From: an uncultured Chromatiaceae bacterium
GTDB taxonomy: Bacteria > Pseudomonadota > Gammaproteobacteria > Tenderiales > Tenderiaceae
Assembly (NCBI GenBank): GCA_947259785.1
Contig: CAMYNQ010000002.1
Span: 1 to 63,912, forward strand
Length of the DNA stretch: 63,912 nt
Direction of reading: 5' to 3'
Shown here: positions 10,893-19,490 of the stretch, piece after piece
Layout: the number at the start of each line of letters is the position of its first letter
How positions within the stretch are numbered: the stretch's first letter is position 1
The notes under the pieces: generated by a model
Database searches by the model: none
What the model saw: only the letters and a program-made list of their open reading frames with translations
What the model was told of the DNA's origin: nothing
Program-made: the position numbers and the translations under genes

Positions 10893-12501
10893 TCCCACCT
10901 TGCTGATTATTATTGCCGAGGTTGTTGTTGGCCTGGTAGTGATTCTCGGAGCGGCCCTGCTTTTTTTCATCAAGCGTAGAAAAGCCGATAAACAGGCGGT
11001 TGCCGAGTTGCAGGCACGTTTGAAAGGTAACTCAGGCAAGCGCCAGGAGATGTTTGAAGAGGTTCTCGCAAAAACTGGCGGTGACGAGGAAGACAGCGAA
11101 GAAATGCTGGCCGAGAAGAAGGGGACGGCAAAAGAATGGGTTGATAAGGAAAATGATTTTTACAACCGTTTGGTTGAGATGTACATGCAACGTAATTCTA
11201 GCGCCCTGAAAAGTCTGGATAAGTTGATGCATGAATATACCTCTTCTTACCTGGACGTGGTTTCGCTAATGCGTGAACGGGTTGATGTAGAGCAGACCGT
11301 GCTTTCAGATGAGCTTGCGCAGCAACTTGCGCGTATGGAGGCGGATGGTAAAAAGCTTATTTCTGAAATTGATAGTCTTAAGGGTGAAAATCAACGTTTA
11401 TCGACTGAACTTGAAAAGGCCAATGCCGAGATTGATCAGGCTATGCATGAATATAGCCGTATGGCAGTGACAGGTGCTGCTAATAAAAAAGTGGCTACGG
11501 TAAGCAAAACTGAGCCGATTAAAGAAGCTGTTGCGCCAGTCTCAGGTGTTGAGACTGAAAATGATGCAGAGGTGGTGGTTGATGAGTTGGCGGTAGAGCC
11601 TGAAGCAGGTTTGGACACTTTGGCAAAAGCAGATAGTGAAGAGCCTGTGTCTGACCCGCTCTCTGAACTGGAAGCAGAGTTGCAAACTGAGATGGAGTCT
11701 GTTGTGCCTGAAATGGTGGCTGAACAGGCTGCTGAACAGGTAGAGGCCTCTGCCGACGATGAATTGGTAGATATGTCGATGCTGGATGATTTTGGGGTTG
11801 AAACAACCGCAGTGGACAACCTGGACGAATTGATCGAAGCAGCCGAGTCTAAGACAGTTGAAATCTCTGACGAGGTGAGCGAAGTAGCTGAGCCTGAGGC
11901 GGTTGAGGTTCCCGGTGAAGTAATCGAAGTCGCCGAGCCTGAGGCGGTTGAGGTCGCAGATGAAGTGACCGTAGTAGCTGAGCCTGAGGCGGTTGAGGTT
12001 CCCGATGAAGTAATCGAAGTCGCTGAGCCTGAGGCGGTTGAGGTCGCAGATGAGGTAATCGAAGTCGCTGAGCCTGAGGCGGTTGAGGTCGCAGATGAGG
12101 TAATCGAAGTCGCTGAGCCTGAGGCTGTTGAGATTCCAGAAGAAATAAAGCCTGAAGAAGAGTCTTTGGAAGACGTGGTTTTGCATGCGATGGCAGAAGA
12201 GAGCGCAGCACAAAAAGCCGAGGCTGACGCCGCGCTTGAGGTTGATGAGGAAAATCCAGCGAAGGTCATTGATCTGGCAAAAGATGATGACATCGTGCTG
12301 TCGGCCTTCGCTGAAAATGTCGACGAGTCAGATGTGGATCAGATGCCAGAGACTCAGGCTGGCGATGGCAGTGTTATTGATGAGGATTATCTGTTGGCGC
12401 AGCTGGCCGAGATTGAAGACAGTGATGAGTTCGGCAGCCTCGAAGGTTTTGGTGAGGCAGCAGAGCCTGTCGAGGACGAAGCTAAAAAACCAGCCAGTTA
12501 A
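10879..12501 (+). CDS. Membrane-anchored coiled-coil/acidic low-complexity protein with 15-aa repeats
   Basis: N-terminal TM plus KRRK, heptad-rich segment, Glu/Asp-rich remainder; overlaps the vWA stop. Confidence 0.7.
   Translation: MIKIDPTLLIIIAEVVVGLVVILGAALLFFIKRRKADKQAVAELQARLKGNSGKRQEMFEEVLAKTGGDEEDSEEMLAEKKGTAKEWVDKENDFYNRLVEMYMQRNSSALKSLDKLMHEYTSSYLDVVSLMRERVDVEQTVLSDELAQQLARMEADGKKLISEIDSLKGENQRLSTELEKANAEIDQAMHEYSRMAVTGAANKKVATVSKTEPIKEAVAPVSGVETENDAEVVVDELAVEPEAGLDTLAKADSEEPVSDPLSELEAELQTEMESVVPEMVAEQAAEQVEASADDELVDMSMLDDFGVETTAVDNLDELIEAAESKTVEISDEVSEVAEPEAVEVPGEVIEVAEPEAVEVADEVTVVAEPEAVEVPDEVIEVAEPEAVEVADEVIEVAEPEAVEVADEVIEVAEPEAVEIPEEIKPEEESLEDVVLHAMAEESAAQKAEADAALEVDEENPAKVIDLAKDDDIVLSAFAENVDESDVDQMPETQAGDGSVIDEDYLLAQLAEIEDSDEFGSLEGFGEAAEPVEDEAKKPAS
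11881..12150 (+). repeat. Coding tandem repeat, 6 x 45 bp (EVAEPEAVEV[PA]DEVI)
   Basis: Units start at 11881, 11926, 11971, 12016, 12061 and 12106. Confidence 0.95.
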
Positions 12502-12506
12502 GTGCG

Positions 12507-13511
12507 TTATAAAGGTTGTTTGTAAGGGGTCTGGGCTATCTCTTCGACCAGTTGTGGCACGAGATAGCCAGGCAATATCTTGCGAACCTCTGTGAGTAGA
12601 TGTCTGGCGGTTTTTCTTTCGACGTCAAAATGGGCGGCCCCCTGTACCTTGTCCAACAGATGCAGGTAGTAAGGTAATACACCGGTCTCGAATAGCCGCT
12701 CACTGAGTTGGCTGAGTGCTTCAATATTGTCGTTCACACCGCGTAATAAGACGGCTTGGTTAAGAAGTGTAACCCCGGCAGATTTTAGCTTTGTCATTGC
12801 TGTGCCTACCTCGTCGTCAAACTCATTGGCGTGGTTGCTGTGTATAACCATGACGGTGTTTAACCGCGTTTTTGTCAGCCATTCCAGCATGGCGGCATTG
12901 ATCCGTTGTGGCAGAACAATCGGGTAGCGGCTATGGATGCGCAGGCGTTTTAGTTGCGGCAATCGTTCCAGCATAGCGACCAGTTGCGATAGCTGTGTGT
13001 CAGCCAATGAGAGTGGGTCTCCGCCACTGAGTATGACTTCGTTAATGTTGCTGTCCTTGGCGATCTCATCGCACATCTCTTGCCACTGTGATGGCCTGCT
13101 GCTTTGTTCGCTATAGGGGAAGTGACGCCTGAAACAATAACGGCAATGAATGGCGCAGGCGGCGGTGGTCATGATCAACACCCGGCCCTGGTATTTTTGT
13201 AGCAGTCCACGATTGATGATGGCGTCGTGATCACCGACCGGGTCAAGGCCGAAGCCGGGGATTTCGTTAAGCTCTGCATCCAGTGGCAGCACTTGCCTTA
13301 ATAGTGGGTCGTTGGGATCGCCTTTTTGCATGCGGCTGACGAAGCTGTGTGGCACGCGCAAGGGAAATTGTTGAGTCATTGCGCTGCTGCTAGGCAATAA
13401 TTCAGTGGGCAAATTCAGTTGTCTGAGTAATTCGGCAGGATCGCGAATGGCCTCGGCCAGGGCTTGCTGCCAGCTGTTTTGTGTTTGTTGAATAAGTTTG
13501 TGCTGTAACAT
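12507..13511 (-). CDS. epmB: EF-P beta-lysylation lysine 2,3-aminomutase EpmB
   Basis: CAIHCRYCFRRHFPY radical-SAM motif, EVILSGGDPL, LLNQAVLLRGVND, PYYLH.LD; divergent from efp. Confidence 0.95.
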   Translation of the reverse strand: MLQHKLIQQTQNSWQQALAEAIRDPAELLRQLNLPTELLPSSSAMTQQFPLRVPHSFVSRMQKGDPNDPLLRQVLPLDAELNEIPGFGLDPVGDHDAIINRGLLQKYQGRVLIMTTAACAIHCRYCFRRHFPYSEQSSRPSQWQEMCDEIAKDSNINEVILSGGDPLSLADTQLSQLVAMLERLPQLKRLRIHSRYPIVLPQRINAAMLEWLTKTRLNTVMVIHSNHANEFDDEVGTAMTKLKSAGVTLLNQAVLLRGVNDNIEALSQLSERLFETGVLPYYLHLLDKVQGAAHFDVERKTARHLLTEVRKILPGYLVPQLVEEIAQTPYKQPL

Positions 13512-13625
13512 GGGGCCGATTTTGTCTAAAATAGCGCGTTTTCCGGGAGCGTGTCCGGCCTTGGCTGTGGATAGCGAAGGTTGGCAAGTATAGCCCGGTT
13601 GGCAAGTTGAGAAAAAGAGGACGAT

Positions 13626-14195
13626 ATGGCGACCTATAGCACCAATGAATTTAAGAGTGGTTTGAAGATCATGATAGAAAATGATCCCTGCACAATCGTC
13701 GAAAATGAGTTTGTTAAGCCGGGCAAGGGTCAGGCATTTAGCCGGGTCAAGATCCGTAATCTGAAAACCGGCCGGGTCGTCGAACGCACCTTTAAATCCG
13801 GTGAGTCGGTTGAAGCTGCGGACGTGATGGACACTGATATGCAGTATCTCTATAACGACGGCGAGTTCTGGTACTTCATGGTTCCGGATACCTTCGAGCA
13901 GTATCCCGCTACCAAAGAGGCTGTCGGTGAGGCTGCGCAGTGGATCAAGGGCGAAGAGACTTGTGTTGTGACCCTGTGGAACGATGTGCCGTTGGCCGTT
14001 GCGCCCCCCAATTTTGTTGACTTGGCGGTAAGCGAGACCGATCCTGGTTTGCGTGGCGATACCTCTGGTGGTGGTGGCAAACCGGCGACATTGGAAACGG
14101 GCGCCGTGGTGCGTGTGCCATTGTTTATCAATATCGGTGAGGTGTTGAGAATTGATACCCGCACTGGCGACTATGTCTCCCGCGCCAAGGATTAG
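13626..14195 (+). CDS. efp: Elongation factor P
   Basis: KPGKGQAF (Lys34), PG..GDT..GG.KPA.LETG, VPLFI..GE. Confidence 0.98.
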   Translation: MATYSTNEFKSGLKIMIENDPCTIVENEFVKPGKGQAFSRVKIRNLKTGRVVERTFKSGESVEAADVMDTDMQYLYNDGEFWYFMVPDTFEQYPATKEAVGEAAQWIKGEETCVVTLWNDVPLAVAPPNFVDLAVSETDPGLRGDTSGGGGKPATLETGAVVRVPLFINIGEVLRIDTRTGDYVSRAKD

Positions 14196-14207
14196 GTCAG
14201 CTAATCC

Positions 14208-15185
14208 TTGAGTAATAATTCTGATTGGCGGCCAACAGCGCCGCTGGAAAATATGAAATTGCGTGCCCGGATCTTGGCTGAGATCCGGGCCTTTTTTTCT
14301 ACGCGTGATGTGATGGAGGTGGAAACGCCGCTGCTGTCATTGGCGGGTTCAACCGATCCCTATCTGGAAAGCTTTACCAGTCACTATCAAGGCCCGCTGT
14401 TTGCTGCAGGCCAGACTGTCTATCTACAGACATCGCCCGAATTTGCTATGAAACGCTTGTTGGCAGCGGGCAGTGGACCTATCTATCAAATCTGTAAGGC
14501 CTTTCGTAATGGCGAGGCCGGTGGTCAGCATAGTCCTGAATTCACCATGCTGGAGTGGTACCGGCCAGGTTTTGATCATCATGTGTTGATGGATGAAGTC
14601 GAAGCCTTGGTTGGTACCGTTTTAAAGACCGGAGCGGCCAAACGGATCACATACCGCGGCCTATTTCTCGAACACGTCGGGCTTGACCCGTTTAAGCTTT
14701 CAGCCGCAGATGCCCGTGCTTGTCTGCAAGCCCGCAATACTAATCCGCCTGAACTGGCTGATGCTGCGATTGATGATTGGCTGTCGCTAATCATGACGCA
14801 TGTCATCGAGCCTGCGCTTGGGGCCGGACTGGTATTTGTTCATGGCTTTCCCGCTTCTCAGGCGATGCTTGCCAGGGTGGTGTCAACCGACGAGCCGCCA
14901 GTGGCGCAGCGCTTTGAGCTTTACATCAATGGCATGGAGTTGGCCAATGGCTTTTACGAACTGGCAGATGCGGTTGAGCAGCGGCGACGTTTCGAGGCCG
15001 ACTTACAGCAGCGTCAACAACTGGGCTTAACTGAGGTTTGTATGAATCAGGCATTGATTGATGCCTTGGAATACGGTCTGCCGGATTGTTCAGGTGTTGC
15101 TCTTGGTGTGGATCGTCTACTGATGTTGGCAGCAGGGGCTGAAAATATTGATGAGGTGTTGGCATTTCCTGTTAATCGCAGCTAG
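14208..15185 (+). CDS. epmA: EF-P lysine-34 aminoacylase EpmA (GenX/PoxA)
   Basis: YLQTSPEFAMKRLLA, FRNGE.G..HSPEFTMLEWY, ELANGF.EL, GVALGVDRL. Confidence 0.95.
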   Translation: MSNNSDWRPTAPLENMKLRARILAEIRAFFSTRDVMEVETPLLSLAGSTDPYLESFTSHYQGPLFAAGQTVYLQTSPEFAMKRLLAAGSGPIYQICKAFRNGEAGGQHSPEFTMLEWYRPGFDHHVLMDEVEALVGTVLKTGAAKRITYRGLFLEHVGLDPFKLSAADARACLQARNTNPPELADAAIDDWLSLIMTHVIEPALGAGLVFVHGFPASQAMLARVVSTDEPPVAQRFELYINGMELANGFYELADAVEQRRRFEADLQQRQQLGLTEVCMNQALIDALEYGLPDCSGVALGVDRLLMLAAGAENIDEVLAFPVNRS

Positions 15186-15349
15186 TCTATTTTTCGTGTC
15201 GGGAAAATTAACAGTTGTTATATGCTGATTGAAATATTTGTATAAACCAATGGGGTTATGTTTGTTGAAACTGTTTATTTCTTCGCTAATCCATTGAGTG
15301 TTAATGTAAATATGACGTGCCTTTAATTAATTTACCCCGAACATGGTTT

Positions 15350-15365
15350 TGGCGTGAATTATGCG
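15350..15365 (+). promoter_or_regulatory. Possible sigma54 promoter for the PilZ gene
   Basis: TGGCGTGAATTATGCG (GG-N10-GC) in an AT-rich intergenic region. Confidence 0.4.
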
Positions 15366-15429
15366 TATGAATAGCAATCGATGGGATTGAGGTTAGTTAA
15401 TCTAGGCATATGGAGGCTTGGAGGTTTAG

Positions 15430-15738
15430 ATGGAAAAGCGTTGGGCCGCAAGGCGAGATGTGCAGATCAGTGTTGATCTGAAATGTAAGGATGTCGAGGT
15501 TGTAAATTGCCAGACTCGTGACGTCAGTTTAAGTGGTGCCTTTGTTGAAGTGCAGCAAGTACAGCCGTCGATTGATGCGGCGCTTGATCTTGTTTTTCGG
15601 TTGGGTGAGCCGGGTCGCCAAACCAAGTACAAGGTGCAGGCCAAGGTCGCCCGAACCACAGGTGACGGTATTGGTGTAATGTTTGAGGAGCTTGGCGTGT
15701 CTTCTTTTCGTTCGCTTAGGGAAGTGTTGAGTAACTGA
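15430..15738 (+). CDS. Stand-alone PilZ-domain protein
   Basis: RxxxR (RWAAR) and DxSxxG (DVSLSG) c-di-GMP motifs; G.GV.F end. Confidence 0.85.
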   Translation: MEKRWAARRDVQISVDLKCKDVEVVNCQTRDVSLSGAFVEVQQVQPSIDAALDLVFRLGEPGRQTKYKVQAKVARTTGDGIGVMFEELGVSSFRSLREVLSN

Positions 15739-16608
15739 TCAAGCGTTTGATCTTATTTGACCGATTGACTGTCCCATTTTGACTGTTTGGTCTGCTTGTA
15801 GGCCCTTATCCCAGTTCATCTGTTCAGGGCCGAATAACAAAACGACGGTGGAGCCCATATTAAATCTCCCTAGCTCTGCGCCTTTTTCAAGTGAGATATC
15901 AGGCAAGTTCTTGCCGATGAAATGTTCAAACGGGCGGAATGTTTGCTCGCCATAATTACCGCTCCAGACAGTCTCGATACCTGCGACAAAAATCGCTCCC
16001 ACCAAAATCACCGCCATCGGCCCATGCCCTGTTTCATAAATCGTCACCATCCGTTCATTGCGGGCGAATAGCCCCGGAATGGTGCGGGTTGTGGCAGGAT
16101 TGACGCTGAATAGTCGGCCAGGCACATAGACGGTTTCCGATAGTTTGCCGGTCAGGGGCATGTGGATGCGGTGGTAATCCCGTGGTGACAGATAGATGGT
16201 GGCAAATTGGCCGCCGGCAAAGCGCTCTTGCAGGTGGTCGAGTCCCCCCAGCAGGGTCTTGAGGCTATAGTTATGGCCCTTGGCCTGATAGACCCGGCCA
16301 TCCTCAATGGGCCCCAGCTGACTGATGGTGCCATCCACAGGGCAGGCGATGGCGTCGACTTCGCTGGCAATGGGGCGTGCCTCTGGCTTCAGTGGGCGGG
16401 TGAAAAACTCATTGAAGTGTTGATAGCTGTCCAGGTCTTGCTCGGCAGCAATGCTCATGTCGATGTCAAAACGTTTGATGATGAAGCGGGTAAAGGCGAG
16501 TTTGAATGGTCGCCAGCGACAACGGGTGACCCAGAACATCAGCTTTGATAGCAGGTGATGGGGCAACGGATATTGAATTAGGGCTGTTAAGCGATCGCTT
16601 AGTGACAT
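15739..16608 (-). CDS. psd: Phosphatidylserine decarboxylase proenzyme
   Basis: FNEFFTR, PVDG.ISQ, YLSPRDYHRIHMP, RNER, GRFNMGST autocleavage motif. Confidence 0.95.
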   Translation of the reverse strand: MSLSDRLTALIQYPLPHHLLSKLMFWVTRCRWRPFKLAFTRFIIKRFDIDMSIAAEQDLDSYQHFNEFFTRPLKPEARPIASEVDAIACPVDGTISQLGPIEDGRVYQAKGHNYSLKTLLGGLDHLQERFAGGQFATIYLSPRDYHRIHMPLTGKLSETVYVPGRLFSVNPATTRTIPGLFARNERMVTIYETGHGPMAVILVGAIFVAGIETVWSGNYGEQTFRPFEHFIGKNLPDISLEKGAELGRFNMGSTVVLLFGPEQMNWDKGLQADQTVKMGQSIGQIRSNA

Positions 16609-16689
16609 AGTGGTTAGTGTTCAGACTATTCAGGCTGGCGTATCCTACCCTATTAAATGAGATTAATAAAATTCAGGGAGGTTGATGAA

Positions 16690-17175
16690 ATGGATCTTCT
16701 TCAGCAAGCAGAGCGGCTCGGTGAGGCGCTGAGCAGGCAGGGACTAATGGTGGCCACTGCTGAGTCTTGTACCGGTGGTTGGGTGGCGCAGGTTATGACC
16801 GCAGTGAAAGGTAGCTCAGCCTGGTTCGAGCGTGGTTTCGTTACTTATAGCAATGAGTCCAAGCAGGAGATGCTGGCAGTCTCTGCCGTTACCCTGGCAC
16901 AGTTCGGGGCGGTGTCTGAAGAGGTTGTGGTTGAAATGGCTTTGGGGGCTTTACAGCACAGTCGGGCGCAACTGGCTGTGGCCATCAGTGGTGTGGCCGG
17001 ACCGGGCGGTGGTTCGATCGAAAAACCTGTTGGCACGGTTTGTTTTGGCTGGGCCAGAGAGGGAGGCGGGGTGAGTAGTCGCAGACAGTATTTTGAAGGT
17101 GGTCGTGAGGCAGTGCGCCGTCAAGCTGTGGTTATGGCCATGCAAGGCTTGTCTGACTTGATTGGCGATGATTAG
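16690..17175 (+). CDS. pncC: Nicotinamide-nucleotide amidohydrolase PncC (CinA C-terminal domain)
   Basis: TAESCTGG, GSSAWFERGFVTYSN.SK, GAVSEE, SGVAGP.GG..EKPVGTV; start placed after GGGAGG. Confidence 0.9.
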   Translation: MDLLQQAERLGEALSRQGLMVATAESCTGGWVAQVMTAVKGSSAWFERGFVTYSNESKQEMLAVSAVTLAQFGAVSEEVVVEMALGALQHSRAQLAVAISGVAGPGGGSIEKPVGTVCFGWAREGGGVSSRRQYFEGGREAVRRQAVVMAMQGLSDLIGDD

Positions 17176-17701
17176 AACTGAGCGACTCTTTTTTGCGCTC
17201 TGGCCAGAGCCTGAGCAGCAAAAGGCGTGGGCTGCAATGGCGAGTGAGCTGTTGCCTGCAGGGGGTGGCCGACTAGTGCCTGCCGCGAACCTTCATATGA
17301 CCCTGCTTTATATTGGCGGGGTTGGGGCAGAGCAATGTAAGGCGCTGAAGGCGATGGCGGATGGAATCAGCTTCAGCCCATTTGTACTGCGGTTGGATAA
17401 GTTCGGTTATTGGCGCAAGCCTCGAGTGTGGTGGTGGGGGGCAAGTCAAACACCAGAGGCCTTGCATGGGTTGGTTGGGTCGCTGCAAGCAGGGGCGCGG
17501 CGCTGTGGGATTGGGATTGATCCACGGCCCTATAAGGCGCATATGACCCTGGCCCGTAAAGTTGTCCGTGCGCCGGAGCAAGTTGACATTCAGTCTTGTG
17601 ACTGGGCGGTTGATCATTTCGCGCTGCTGCGTTCTGTTTCGACACCAACAGGTGTTCATTATGAGCCGTTGCAATACTGGTCAGCACAGCAAAAGGGCTG
17701 A
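17168..17701 (+). CDS. thpR: RNA 2',3'-cyclic phosphodiesterase ThpR (2H family)
   Basis: RLFFALWP, two HxT motifs (NLHMTL, AHMTLAR); cinA-thpR-recA order. Confidence 0.9.
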   Translation: MIRTERLFFALWPEPEQQKAWAAMASELLPAGGGRLVPAANLHMTLLYIGGVGAEQCKALKAMADGISFSPFVLRLDKFGYWRKPRVWWWGASQTPEALHGLVGSLQAGARRCGIGIDPRPYKAHMTLARKVVRAPEQVDIQSCDWAVDHFALLRSVSTPTGVHYEPLQYWSAQQKG

Positions 17702-17735
17702 TTTAAATGGTATTTTTTGAGCTGTAAAGCAGACG

Positions 17736-17781
17736 TTGCCAGTCGGATTGTTTGCTTGTATAGTACTGTACGAATGAACAG
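17736..17781 (+). promoter_or_regulatory. recA sigma70 promoter with LexA (SOS) box
   Basis: TTGCCA(17736)-N17-TATAGT(17759); CTGTACGAATGAACAG at 17766-17781 matches CTG-N10-CAG. Confidence 0.85.
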
Positions 17782-17813
17782 TTAATCTTGAATTTATTTA
17801 GCGGAGAGTAAAT

Positions 17814-18854
17814 ATGGATGATAACAAGCGTAAGGCGCTAAACGCAGCGTTGGGCCAGATCGAACGTCAGTTTGGTAAGGGTTCTATTATGCGTATGGGT
17901 GATGAAGGCGTGGTACGCAATATCGATGCCGTATCTACTGGTTCGCTGGGGCTGGATGTGGCGCTGGGAATAGGTGGTCTGCCGCGTGGTCGTGTCATCG
18001 AAATCTACGGTCCTGAGTCTTCCGGTAAAACCACGATGACCCTGCATGTCGTTGCTGAGATGCAGAAGCTGGGTGGCACAGCGGCCTTTGTTGATGCCGA
18101 GCATGCACTTGATCCTAGTTATGCCGAAAAGCTGGGTGTGAATGTGGATGAGCTGTTGGTATCGCAGCCGGACACAGGTGAGCAGGCGTTGGAAATCGTC
18201 GACATGCTGGTGCGCTCCGCTGCGGTTGACGTGGTGGTTGTCGACTCGGTAGCGGCCTTGACACCCAAGGCTGAGATTGAAGGTGATATGGGCGATACTC
18301 ATGTTGGTCTGCAGGCCCGCTTGATGTCACAGGCGTTGCGTAAGCTGACCGCCAATATTAAACGCTCCAATACGATGGTGATCTTCATTAATCAGATTCG
18401 TATGAAGATTGGTGTCATGTTTGGGTCGCCTGAAACCACCACTGGCGGTAACGCACTTAAATTTTATTCTTCGGTTCGTCTTGATATTCGCCGCATTGGC
18501 GCAATCAAAAAGGGTGACGAGGTTCTGGGTAACGAGACCCGCGTTAAAGTGGTTAAGAATAAAGTAGCGCCTCCATTTAAACAGGTTCAATTCGATATCC
18601 TCTATGGCGAAGGCATTTCGCGTGAGGGTGAGATTATTGACATGGGTGTTAATGAAGGCTTTGTCGATAAATCGGGTGCTTGGTATAGCTATGACGGTAC
18701 GCGTATTGGTCAGGGTAAGGACAATGTGCGTAATTTCCTTAAGGAACACCCTGATATGGCCAAGGAAATTGAGGATAAGGTTCGTGCCAAGCTGCTGGTA
18801 AAGGCAGCTCCGAAGGCCGATGAAGAGCCAACTGAGTTGAAGGCTGAGGCTTAG
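17814..18854 (+). CDS. recA: Recombinase RecA
   Basis: [39 protein letters not shown]. Confidence 0.99.
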   Translation: MDDNKRKALNAALGQIERQFGKGSIMRMGDEGVVRNIDAVSTGSLGLDVALGIGGLPRGRVIEIYGPESSGKTTMTLHVVAEMQKLGGTAAFVDAEHALDPSYAEKLGVNVDELLVSQPDTGEQALEIVDMLVRSAAVDVVVVDSVAALTPKAEIEGDMGDTHVGLQARLMSQALRKLTANIKRSNTMVIFINQIRMKIGVMFGSPETTTGGNALKFYSSVRLDIRRIGAIKKGDEVLGNETRVKVVKNKVAPPFKQVQFDILYGEGISREGEIIDMGVNEGFVDKSGAWYSYDGTRIGQGKDNVRNFLKEHPDMAKEIEDKVRAKLLVKAAPKADEEPTELKAEA

Positions 18855-18881
18855 CTTAAACCAGTGAGTATGATGTTTTAT

Positions 18882-18904
18882 AACGCCCCGAAAGGGGCGT
18901 TTTT
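18882..18904 (+). terminator. Rho-independent terminator after recA
   Basis: AACGCCCC-GAAA-GGGGCGTT followed by Ts. Confidence 0.85.
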
Positions 18905-19012
18905 GGATTTAGTGTAATTGAAATATCAATAAGTTAGGTCATTGCTTCTTGCCTAAATGAGGACTTTTCTCTACCATCGGCGGCAAGGAATTCATCAAAA
19001 TATTTGGGGCGA

Positions 19013-19474
19013 ATGTCGGACTCTCAAAAGCAGGACTGTCAGGCAGCAGCAATAAGACTGCTGAGTCGGCGCGAGCACTCAAGCAAAGAGCTGAAACGGA
19101 AGTTGCTTGAACGTGAATTTGACTCCCACACAATTGATAACACACTGATTTCGTTGCAAGATGAAAATCTGCAGTCAGACGATCGTTTTGCCGAGTGTTA
19201 TGTGCGCTCCAAGGTTCAAAAAGGCGTCGGCCCGGTTCGTTTGCGACGTGATCTGCGTGAGCATGAGATCTGTGATGAAATGATTGATTGTTATTTGCAT
19301 GACCAGCAATGGCGGCAGTTGGCCGTTGAGGTGAGGCGAAAACGATTTGGTTCTGCCTTGCCAGAAAGCTTTGAAGAGCGTGCCAAACAGATGCGTTTTT
19401 TGCAGTATCGTGGTTTTAGTAGCGAGCAGATCAATGCGGCGATGAAACATGATGAATGGGAATTCAACGAGTAG
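19013..19474 (+). CDS. recX: Regulatory protein RecX
   Basis: AIRLLSRREHS..EL..KL, QSDDRFAE, RFLQYRGF. Confidence 0.93.
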   Translation: MSDSQKQDCQAAAIRLLSRREHSSKELKRKLLEREFDSHTIDNTLISLQDENLQSDDRFAECYVRSKVQKGVGPVRLRRDLREHEICDEMIDCYLHDQQWRQLAVEVRRKRFGSALPESFEERAKQMRFLQYRGFSSEQINAAMKHDEWEFNE

Positions 19475-19490
19475 GATGTAAAGAATTGCA

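Noticed and set aside
11881-12150. CRISPR-like periodicity
   Set aside because: Contiguous in-frame repeats without unique spacers; no cas genes in the window
11436-12293. Three overlapping minus-strand repetitive ORFs
   Set aside because: Shadows of the Glu/Ala/Val repeat on the plus strand
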